From: Kudoa neothunni | Lineage: Eukaryota; Animalia; Cnidaria | Assembly (NCBI GenBank): GCA_964304625.1 | Contig: OZ199838.1 | Coordinates: 15,490,929-15,554,928 of the forward strand | Length of the DNA: 64,000 nt | Direction of reading: 5' to 3' | Shown here: one piece after another, positions 26,205 through 37,810 of the stretch | Layout: every line of letters begins with the position of its first letter | How positions within the stretch are numbered: the stretch's first letter is position 1 | Notes under the pieces: generated by a model | Seen by the model: only the letters and a program-made list of their open reading frames with translations | Databases searched by the model: none | Told to the model about the DNA's origin: nothing | Position numbers and translations under genes: made by a program

Positions 26205-28767
26205 GATGAATTTTTGACGTGTTTGTTTCCGACCTTTGATTCAATGGATAAAATCTTATCTGTTGTTATGGGTGTGGTATAGGCGTTCAAATCTTCAACA
26301 AAAAGCTAACTTAGTCCTATATTTAGGTCAATTTTGAATGTTAAAATGTGTATCAAGTTAAGGTCTGTTTCCAGAAAATCTGCTTAAACGTATGATCTAT
26401 TTAGCTATTTAGGCGTTAAACGTGCCCGATGCTATTCATGTTATTCAGTTCTACCACCACGCCGATTTTAATTAATTCTTAACAATAATGAGTGGACTGA
26501 ATGGATAAAAAAATTTGTAAAATTATGCTATTTGATACAATAAATTGATAAGCATGTGTTATAATACTTTCTGTTTTGTTCTAAGATTGGTTTGAGGACC
26601 ATGTGTTAAACTGATTTTAAACTCGTGGTTGGAACTGCAGTGAGCTTGCAAAACATTGTATACCAGAATAGTTAAATAAACACGTAAAAGCAACCATTAC
26701 ATTTCGTATACAAATCTTTAATGATTACTTTCTATTGATGTTGATTGGACACTATAATTCTTGAGAAATCGAATATTTTCTACTCCTTTAATGATAATAA
26801 TATTATGCGGCTGGAATGTCTAAGAAAATTCGTAACGATTTTGATTATACCGAGAACTATCCAAAATACTTGTCTCCACAAAGTTGTTCTCAACGATTCA
26901 AAGATCTGCTTTGGCGATGTAATTAAGATGAAAAACAATATATCAGACAAATAGTTATGTAGAATTTGTGCTACCACTGTTATAATAGATGGGTTATTAT
27001 TTATAGGCAATAAAATTCGATACACAACCTCTTATACGTGTTAAATATGAGATTAGTGGTTTTGATAAATGGAAGAAAATATACGCCTAACTCCTACATC
27101 AATATGCTCGGTTTTGACTATTATAATCTCCTACACGTTACATTCCCTCATTCTCATACTTATTCAAAATATAAATATATTTTAATTGGTTGATAATTAT
27201 ATAGAAGAAGCTTACCTATAACATGCTCTAAATAATTTTTCTAGATTATCAATATCTAGTGTGTGTAATCAGGGGCAAAAAAAAGATCACTATAACAAAT
27301 AGCAGTATTATTATATAATGTTAGATTCATATAAGTAAATATTTATATTTGAAGTGACTTTCTCAGCTCTAATCAATGAAATGATTGAATTGTAAATTTT
27401 TCTTGTTTAATCCTATATAAGGTTTATCCTAATAATTCAATATTTTTAATATTAGGTTTCTGTAGAAGCAATAAATTTACCGTTTTAATTGGTAAAATAA
27501 TTGATTTTATCTGTTTGTAATACATTTTAAAACAAAATTACAAATTCTTACGCTCATATAGACTCTTTGCCTCTGACAAACAAATCTATATAGTTAACAA
27601 CTGGGTTCTTATATAGAACATTTTATTCGCATTAATATTCTTTTAGAATTTTTCCTATTATAATGAGTTTCACATTATGCCAAACAGACCTATTTAAGCT
27701 TCTAAAGCTTAATACTTGCGTCTATTACACAGAATTTTATAAAACTCCAAAATTAACGTCTAATTTTTTGATGGAATGTAAAAATGCATCAATTTCATTA
27801 TAAAATCTTGTGGTATATCTATTCAACCATTCATTCATTCTATTAAACTCATCAGTTGAAAAACCCTTAACTTTAATCTTATGTTATCTCATTAAAATGA
27901 TGAAAATTTGATTACCGTAATCTAATTACTTGTTTATGCCATACATTATTTAATATCTGCTAATTCCAAATCATCTTCGTAAAATCACCAAGTTAATGAA
28001 CTATCCGGATATAATATTATTGATTTTATATGAACTTCTCCCATTATATGACATACATTCGATTATTTCGTTATGATCCTAGTATAGCAATTACCGTTAT
28101 GTAATAAAATAGTTGCACTACATTAATTTTGATTCGTGATTTCTGTAAGATTGGTATCTCTTTTCTTTTCAATTAATTGTACTTCTTGTGACCATAACAA
28201 CTACCCGAACGATGTCATACCTTGTTATAGCACTGAGTTACGTATTATTTATAGGTCATAAAAAATCTGTGACTAATTTTTGGACGGTGCAGGAGAGCAT
28301 GGACCCTAGTAACCTCTGGACGAGTGCTTTTCAACCTATTTGTTTAATGTACTCCCTAATAGCTAAGCTAAATGAATTCCAACCCCTGATTATATTAACC
28401 ATGTATATTAATATTTGTGTAATTTTTTGTTTGAATTATGCTTTGAAAGTTAGCTTATATTATAGTCAGGAATTCACGATACTAATTTACAAGAGAAAAG
28501 CTTTTCATGTACCACCTCAAATTAGTGGGGACTCTACGTTGAGAAATTCTATTTTATATAGTAAATGTTTGATTAAGTGTGAGATTTAGACAAACTTTGT
28601 CTGAAATTTAAAAAAATCCTCTATAATCATTATTATAATGAATATAGAATGTATTAAAGTAAAAATAATAAATACCTAATCTTACCACCTGAAATGGAAG
28701 GGATCAATCTGCGTTTTAAGGAAGTATAATATTGTAACCTGTAAATTATTTAACTAAAAAACTTCTC

Positions 28768-28810
28768 AACAATTCGACATCGAAATATAAAATTTCGGTG
28801 TCGAATTGTT
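28768..28810. repeat. Near-perfect hairpin (19-bp stem, 5-nt loop)
   Basis: AACAATTCGACATCGAAAT-ATAAA-ATTTCGGTGTCGAATTGTT, with one T.G mismatch. Confidence 0.85.
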
Positions 28811-28822
28811 TCTGGTTTCACC

Positions 28823-29307
28823 TTTATTTTGTTTACGAGGTCAAACCCTTGCCACAACTTGTTAGGTTGTGAAGTTCGGGCTGGTTAGGCCTTTTTCACG
28901 TACACTCTGAGCATCGCATTGTCACATTAATGGGACTTAAATTTATGCGGTAGTGTGAGATATTAAACATTCTCATTTTAGAGTAACTACCATCCCTAAA
29001 CATACCATGGACTAACCCCGAATCAGTCTGGGAAAGTTGCCTGAATGAGGACGTAGGCTCTACGGAAACCTCCTACTGGGTTTTATTTCGTTTCTGTATC
29101 CCGACGTTTATGAGCGCCTTAGATCTACCCCTCCATCAGACTTCCTTCCCAAATGCGAGTCAAACCACGATAAATCATAGATTCCTGTGATTATTACAGC
29201 CTTTCTGCTCAATTTCGGATTAGGAATGCAGGAACGCCCAGATCAGGCATCGAACACGCAACCTCACAGTTTGCTATCCACACCTAACACACGATGCCAT
29301 ATTGCCC
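28823..29307 (-). mobile_element. Probable tRNA-derived SINE
   Basis: 72-nt minus-strand head (29307-29236) with A-box-like TGGCATCGTGTG and B-box GTTCGATGCC at tRNA spacing, but no acceptor-stem pairing; followed by a GC-richer body and an A-rich end. Confidence 0.55.
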
Positions 29308-29849
29308 AGGCATTAATATTAGAATGAGGGAAATTGATAACTTACAAACTCAACATTTTCAACTATTTTTACATTAGCTTTGTGACATCGTTGTCGATAT
29401 TACAATCAACGATCACTAATGAATTCCATAATGGATGAGGTGTGGCTCTAAAGTTATTTAATCGTTTTCTCCTTTCTTACGGCATAATTGTCGATTATAA
29501 TACCGCATATCTCCAATTATAAGACCTAATGGTATTCTTGAGTTAGTGTTTAGTATAATACTTACAACAAAAATAAGACCCAATGCCCCTTATTAAAGAA
29601 AAAGAATACTTTTTTTATTCGGGGAAAAAAGGTATTTAGCAATATGTTTTATCCAGCGTTCATCTAACACAATTGCCTAACATATAAACTTAATGTTTAT
29701 GAATCATTTCTCAATCTAATTAAAATAAAAACTTCAGGTAAAACGCATTAGAATATGGATTCAAAACTAATGATATAACGGGATTAGATTTAACACACAT
29801 GTAATGTCTTTTTTGCCCCATAAAAGATTGTTCGTCATACACATTTGAA

Positions 29850-31397
29850 CCCTTTAACGATTTTGTATTGAGTATATCTTTTTATTTCATTTTTTAAATC
29901 TCACCAAATTTTTGTTATTCCTGGATCTCATAAAGATTTACCTTTACCAAACAAATTTGGAATAAATAATGAAAAGAAGAAATTTGATTTAAATATTACC
30001 CTCTAACGTTTTTTTGGGGTAAAATTTACCTCACTTTTTTATTATTTTAATCTAAAGAGTATCTTGTAACTGATAAAATAATAAATGATCAGTTAAATCA
30101 AACGCTTAGATTTGAAGAAAACAATGAAAAAGACTAATTTTGGGAATGCTCATGCACGAGATGTGCATAATTCTAAATGAATGACGTAAGTGATTTTATT
30201 GGCGAATATACCTCATCTGGAAGCAAATTTGACAATAAAGTTATTGACAAAAGTGATATATTGGGTGAAGAAATAGATCCCATAGATATTAATGATAATA
30301 ATTTAAAAAGTAAAGGTGGGATTATTTGGAGTTTATCAAAGTCATCTACGGGAAAAACCTGTGTCGAAAACGTAGTGAGTAGCATCCTTAATGCCACTTC
30401 ATATGCTGTATCAAAAATAAAACCATTCATTTATTGTTTTTTTTGTTATTCTTTACCCCATAAATCGGTAGTATTATCATAAAGTACACCAAAACATGCA
30501 TGGAAATCACCATTCCAATGATGAATGGCATGATACCAATATAATTGAATTTAGAGGTTATGTAGGCCTTCTAATATTAATAGCTATTCATAAGGATAGA
30601 CAAGTCCCACCGATAATACTGTGGTATATGTGTCTAAAAATTTTAAACCTCATACGATAATGCATCATTACAATGCGACCGACCAATGGTGGGATTGATA
30701 ATATGGATAGAATGTTGGCATCAATTTCTGTCCAAAAGTTTAAAAGAAGACGACCGTTGATCGTCTTTTTTAACATGATTAATATCTCGTTGATCAATGC
30801 ATTGGCATTATTCAATGACATATTTAGTTCAGAAAAAAATTAGGGTGAAACTTTCTGAAAGAGATTCCTGAAGAATTGTACAGTTCACTGTAAACAGAAT
30901 CTCCAGAAAACTATCAAAAGAAATTTAAGAAAATCTTATAATCGAATAAAGGACTGAGTTTAAATAAAAATTCGTCACGCTGAGACTATTCTGAATGATA
31001 GAAAGATAAGAGAAACTCTAAATGTTGTCATAATTGCTGCAAGTTTTATTTCTCCACTCATATTTCTAAATTCTTTTAAAGTGCCAAGAATAATTGTTGT
31101 GCTTATTTTAGATATTTTTTATTTTTCAATGAGTCTATTTTTAGCCGATAACGTTACTTTAATTTTTAAAAACTTACGGAGAGCGTCGATATATCCCGAC
31201 AATGTCACAATCGAGATTAGTTTGAGATTATTTGGCGTAATTAATGCAATATTCTAATGATTACACTAGTTTAAACTTAATAATATTTTGTATTCTCCAA
31301 TTAATTATTTTTTTGCACACATCGGCATAATAAAAAAGTAGGATAATTTTTACTCCAAAAGTGTAACAGGGATACCGGTTTTGAGATCGATAGAGGG
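29850..31397 (+). mobile_element. Internally deleted piggyBac copy of the 19709 family
   Basis: Ends TGAA|CCCTTTAACGATTTTG and GAGATCGATAGAGGG|TAAA; colinear with 19709-21959 except that ~0.68 kb of the catalytic core is missing at ~30605. Confidence 0.88.
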
Positions 31398-31504
31398 TAA
31401 ATAGGTTTTAAACCCAATCAAAAGATGCTAGAGGTTGTTGACTCTCAGCGATACTAGCGTTTATATTCCCTCCTTAGTAAATAAAAAGCTCTTAAAAAAA
31501 TAAT

Positions 31505-31712
31505 GGCTATTGACACGGTAAAAAATATTAAGGTCATTACTTTTGACTATATTAAATAATTTCTGGCTCCTAGCGACAGAAATAATCAAATATAGCAGAT
31601 TTTAAAAAATTAGATCTTTATACGACTTACGAGTAAGAGTTGTTAAGATCGAAATTTAAAATTGCTTGAATGTAAATGTCGTTTTTGATTAAAATTTACT
31701 GTGTCAATAGTA
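31505..31712. mobile_element. ~200-bp TIR MITE, copy 4 (best TIRs; Merlin-like GG terminus)
   Basis: GGCTATTGACACGGTAAA / TTTACTGTGTCAATAGTA. Confidence 0.7.
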
Positions 31713-32082
31713 ACTGCGTTAACGAATTTTTTCAAATATAATTTAATCTGAATGTTTACAATAAACCAATTAAAGCCGCACCCTTCAAAATCCAATGCTT
31801 TACATCAACTCGTTTACTTAATACATATAATCCTCAACACGGTAATGAAAAAGTCTTGTAACCCTCAAAGACGTATAATACGAAATTTCTTCGTGTCAGA
31901 GGATAGAATACGATTTAGCTAATAATGTATTAAGATTATCTTATTTTATTTACTTTTTACTGGAAGTTATTTTAAATTTAAAATCTCAACTAAACTGATT
32001 AGGTGGGCATAATTCAGGGAATGCATTCATCAAGAGATAAATCCAAAATGGAATAGCAAGAATAACGTAATAGTCGTCACCG

Positions 32083-32118
<36 letters not shown>

Positions 32119-32924
32119 GCCTTATTTATTAATTAAAATTTCTTATATCACAACGAATGAATAAATTTCAAAAATTTAATGAATAAATTAATCTTCTAGC
32201 CAAATCAAAATTCAAAATTGTTATTAAGAAGCTGTATGAGGTGTTTGATAGTATTAATGTCATAATGTAAACAATTAAACAAATCATTCTCGTCAGAATT
32301 TGATTTAAAATGTTTATATTTGTTTAGAAAATTTTAATTTTAAAACAATCAAACTAATATATATATATATATATCAATTAAAATTTATTAATTATTTATA
32401 AATGTTTAAAAATTAAAAATTGCGAAACAATATTTATAATTTAAAAGATTATTTATGTGACGATGTGGTTTATAATTTGAAATAATGCTTCAGCCTTAGC
32501 TTTTATAATCCCTTTAACGAATTAAAATTTTCGAACGATAGTTGATTGAACTTTCACTCAACGTTTTTAAAGTTATCATGATAATTTAATGTGATAACTT
32601 TGGCATATAATAATTATAATATACATTTTAGTGATATTTGAGAGTGTCTATATGGTAACCTATCGGGAGTAGCAAACACATTATAAATTAATATCTAACA
32701 TGCGTGCACAGTTATAAAGCCACCTGAGGTTTAATGAGAATATCTGATCAAACATTGAAATCATACTGATCAAATAGTTCGATAAAATTTCTAAAAGTTA
32801 TTATCTACTCTAAAAATAATATTAATTGTCTCAACATTGTACTTACCTGATGATTGGATTGATTTAGATTTATTAAATTCAAACAATATAATCATAGCAA
32901 CATACTTCGAATATTTGTAGCTGG

Positions 32925-34271
32925 ATGCTAGTGTCACACACAGTAAAGAGAACGTTTCATGAACCTAATAGCGTACCTTAGAGTTGTTTTTGGAAACGCG
33001 GAATCAAGTTTGTTCCGGTTTGGCTGCCCTATTTCAAATATCGGCACGCATCATCCATCTCCGGAGATACTGTATCAACACCTTCTAAATCGTGTAAAGT
33101 AGATGAAAAGATTATCAGAGATGAGAATAATGTTGCTTGGAGACCTCGACGATATTTTTTCCACACATTGCCATTCTACTACGCCAGCGCATCGAAACTA
33201 AGACTGACAAGTGTCTAGTTATTTATTTAAAAGATTGACGACTATAAATTATTGTTTTCTAGGTATGGTTGTACTTTCGACTATTGGCGGATGTGCAATC
33301 GCGCCAATTCCTTTTGACCCCCCAGTTACCTTCGTTATGGGTTTGTCGTCGTTTCTCTTGAGTTCCTCTGCGAATTCTATCAATCAAGTAGTTTTCGATG
33401 CTAATCTAGTTGATATATTAATGATGCGACGTGTTATTTTAGCTCATGGAATATCCTCACGATTCACAAATGCATAGAACCAAACAGAGATTGTTACCTC
33501 TGTGTGCAGTTAGGTAGATTTTATGTTTGTTCTGATCGTTGAACCCAGCTTCAATTTTATTATAGCCCATCTCAAATGCTAATGTTTGGACTAGGAAGTG
33601 GAATGTTAGGTGCCGGTTTGCTGACCTATTTCACTAATCCAATTACTGTTGCTCTATGTATGCTTGGTTTTGATTGGGGAGAATTTTGCGTTATTTGTTG
33701 GTATATAGCTGTATTTAACTTGTTGCTATATGTCGGTGTTTACACTCCACTGAAACAAATGTCTATATTCAATACTTGGATTGGCTCAATTGTGGGAGCT
33801 ATTCCACCATTGGCTGGCTACACAGCCATGACTGGCCACATCGACATTAGTTCATTATTTCTAGCGTTGGTGTTGTATTGTTGGCAGTTCCCTCATTTTA
33901 ATTCATTGAGTTGGTTGCTGAGAGAGAATTACGCAAGAGCCGGCATCAAAATGATGTCCAACTATGACGTTTCTCTACTCACAAGAGTTACTATTAGATA
34001 TGCTGTAGTGACAACGCTAGTTTGTAGTGTCATGCCTGTTGTGTGTGGTCTCACCACCCCAAACTTTGCAATCTCATCTCTACTGGTGAACTTTCCAGTT
34101 GTTTATCTGTCCTACAAGTTTAAACTTGGCCCGACAAACTCAAATTCCTTGTCTCTGTTCAAAATGAGCCTGGTTCAACTGTTTTTATTGATTTTATTGT
34201 TGATTATACATAAAAAACCTTTGTCATCCTTACGTTCCATAGAAGAGGGTGGAGATAAAACATCTAATTAG
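32925..34271 (+). CDS. COX10: Protoheme IX farnesyltransferase (heme O synthase), mitochondrial, multi-exon
   Basis: Presequence-like N-terminus (..KYRHASS); SKLRLT|SMVVLST, SANSINQ|LMEYPHDSQMHRT, YVGVYTPLKQMSIFNTWIGSIVGAIPPLAGYTA, WQFPHFNSLSW..YARAG (UbiA/COX10 signatures). Confidence 0.95.
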
Positions 34272-37200
34272 AACTTGTATATTTAATAATTTATATTCAT
34301 TTTAATTAGAATTCTTTTTTGTATATTTCGTTTATTGTTCTAACCTAGGCTGCGTCATTTTAACATGACACTTAAATGATTTTGTATTATGAGATGAGTG
34401 GTTTTGTAAGGTGAAATATAAAATCGGCTAATTGTTTCTTGGTTCCGTTAACAGCGAGTTGTGAATATTTTAAAACTCTTTAGGTTTTATTTATTAAATT
34501 CTCTTTGTAGGTGTAATTTTATGTTAGCTACTTAAATTATTTGAATGCCATCGTGGTGTTGACATGAATTTCGTCTATTGAAACCTCAATTTTCTCAAGT
34601 TTCTGACCTTCATATTTAATATACCTTTGATCGGGGTGAACAAACTCAACCAAGGGTTCAATCCGTCTATTATATAGTTGTTTCGTGACCTCGATAAACG
34701 CTGATTAGGTAAGAATAGGCGGTGGTAAATTCTAGGGTTTTTTTTAAATTTTTTAAGTTTATCCGTACGTGCTAATAATAATAATGGAGTTTTCTTACCC
34801 GTTAAAATTTTCAAGGGTCGAGATATGGTCTTTTTTTAAAAAAGTATGTTCTTCTGCGTAAGATTTGTTAAAACTTTTTATAGTATATACGCGTTTGAAG
34901 ATAATTAATAAATATTAAAATAATTTAAAAAAATGTTGTGATAAATACTAACATACGCGATATGAAAAGTAATTAACGTTAACAATAATTGTTAAAAATA
35001 TTCTATTATTGCTTACGGATATTGATTGGGTCCGAATGAGAAAAAAAATTAATTCACATAAAATAAATTGAACCTCTACAAGATGAATTATTATTCAATA
35101 CGTTTTGGAGTTTCCGGTAAGCGGTAAAAGAGGAAGAAATGATTTTATTTTTACCTAATTTTCTAAAAAGAATAAGAAGCACACTCGGGCCACATGACTC
35201 GAGGTGTACAAAAGAGTGTTTTAAAAATTCTTTACGAACTTATTAGAAATAATTCCGTAGTTGCTTAATTTTTATATTTTTTTCTCCAATTTAAAAAATA
35301 TTTTATTTGACGAAAATTCGCGAATGACCACCCATCAAACATTAAAATTTTAACTCCTGTGCCTAGATTCACAATAGGATAGGAGAAAATCCAATGATTT
35401 TTGACGGTTTTACCTCTTAGTATATTCTTTTAATCACATTTTTAAAAATATATGAGTTTATTTGGGTGACGTGTCGTAAATTTTTGTTTTTAATCTCGAT
35501 TCCGTTCACCAAGACAATTTTTTCCATTTAAATATCTAATTGATTGATTAACAATAAGAACATCCCGAATTATATTTGTTTGTGATGTTGACAGCAGTTT
35601 CAAGTTGGTTAATATTTAAAACCGCTTGACTTTAAAAAACTTAATTCCAAATTTATGTTTCGCCAAAATTCGTATATTTCCAACGAGTTTAAAGAGTAAT
35701 ATTCCATTTTCTTGTGCAAAATTTTTTCATTTTGAACGGTCTAACTTTTTGTGTTAAAATATGACTAAGTATCATCGAATTAATAATTCTTATACAAATA
35801 TTTTAGGTATTCTACTTATAGAACTTTACACATTTCGAAAATAAATAGCTGAAGTATGATTCTTACGGGGTTTAAAACAAAAGGTCATGTGTTAATTTTT
35901 TTTATTTTTTCTAGGAGTAATCGGACGTTGATCCATAAGGCAAAAGTCTTTTTTTAGATTGAAAAACTTCAGACACAAATTCTTAAAATTTTATAGAAAT
36001 CTAAGAAGAACGTTTGATCATCCGCTAATGAAGGATTCTCTATTGAAAAATGATTTATTTCCCTTAAACCCCTGGATTTTTTTATTTATTCACAGCCAAG
36101 TAAAGCAACTTTATCCTTGTATATAACATGTCTCTTACACAATAAATACGCTTTTATAAAGTCCATATAATTTTAAAGTTTGATTCGTTCTGTTCTATAA
36201 GCAAATTATTGCACCAACTTTCCTTTAACAGAGTTTATATCCAATTATAGTGTTTTTTGTAAACTATATTATTCCCGAGAAATTAAATATTATATTGTAG
36301 ACATAATAGGTATCTCATTCATCGCTTAAACATTTCATTCATTTATTTTAAATTGAAATAGTCTTTAAATTAAAAAAAGTTTAACTTTTATATCTACTAA
36401 AATCAACGATACTCATGTCTATATGCTCGAATCGTGATACAATGATAAATAATAAAACAGGAAATATCCTCATTTCATCCCTTATTCCAATCGTCTTTTG
36501 AAGTGGTAGTTTTCAAAGTGTTTTAGTTTTAATTAATTAAATACTTTCAAGATCAGGAAATACTTTGAATGGTGATTTAAACATTTTAAGTAAACAATAC
36601 ACATATTATTTAATGATTATTCATGACTTATTGGAAATACCATATGTGAATCCTTCATTTGATAACCTAAAATATATCGAATTTAAGTTTTTTAACATTA
36701 AATTTGGTTTACTGACTTTTAATGGTTGATTATTTCACACTTTTCTTTGTGGCTTCATTGCACGCGAACATTCCTCAGTTACACGCTCTAAGATCTTGTC
36801 AGCTTAATTAAAGTCACGGTTATTTCGTCTATTATCGCTAATATTAAAAGATTTTCTACTGTTTTCTCAAAAAATTAAATCGAACTCATGCGGTGGATCT
36901 CAAAAATTTAATAAAGCTCTACATTTGTTTTGGATTTCTAATGAAGGTGATCTAAATTAGTTAGTATACAAAGTCAAATCTCCTTTACGTTTGGAGTAAT
37001 AATTTTAGTTCACTAATAATTCATTTTTTTATGGTACTGATTTTTGTTAATAATAAACATGATCATTCTTGTTATAACATTTTTTATTTGTAGTTGAGTT
37101 GACTCACGTTTATTTCAATGTACGAGATAAACTATAAAATTTTGTAAGGTAAAACAAATTACAACTTTTAAAAATATACGTTATATCATAGATATTGCAC

Positions 37201-37810
37201 TCCTGGTAAGGATTTTAGTGCAATGTAAAAATTAGGTGTGCTATATTCATTTTCATTCCATAACCTAAATGTACTTTTCATTTAACTTTTCTATAAAATA
37301 CTATCGATAGGTTAAAATTTCAAATACAAATATTTTTTATCATTCAGAACTAGAAATAGTGAAATTACAATAAAACACGCGCAATAATAAATCTAACTGT
37401 ATATATTAAATAACTGTTATCCTCTTTATTTTAAAATGGATTTTTTCAAATTATAAATAAATATATTTATTAAATGATTTAATAAAATAAAACTACCCCA
37501 CCAATATTTAATGAAGTTGAACAACGTAAATATTCAAATATTGTGTTTCAAACCTCATAAAACAAATAATTCTACGAATAAATTTTAAAAATTCTTCCTT
37601 AATTTAGTCTTGGTGGATTATCGTTCTCTAGTTGGATTAGAAAACACTAAGCTACTTTATTGTGAATAATTAGAAGCGCACATAAAAATATTCCTGGTAT
37701 AAAATTCAAAACCAATTCATTAGCAAAAATGGCAGTTCAACTATTTGTCAAATACAAGACCAATAGTTGTAAGAAGTGAGTTATTAAAAAATCCTGGACA
37801 GGAACTATTG

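Noticed and set aside
29236-29307. Functional tRNA gene
   Set aside because: A/B boxes are present but there is no acceptor-stem pairing or clean anticodon arm; treated as a SINE head.
32839-32860. U1 snRNA (TACTTACCTG)
   Set aside because: No downstream U1 stems or Sm site; it is simply the reverse complement of a splice donor.
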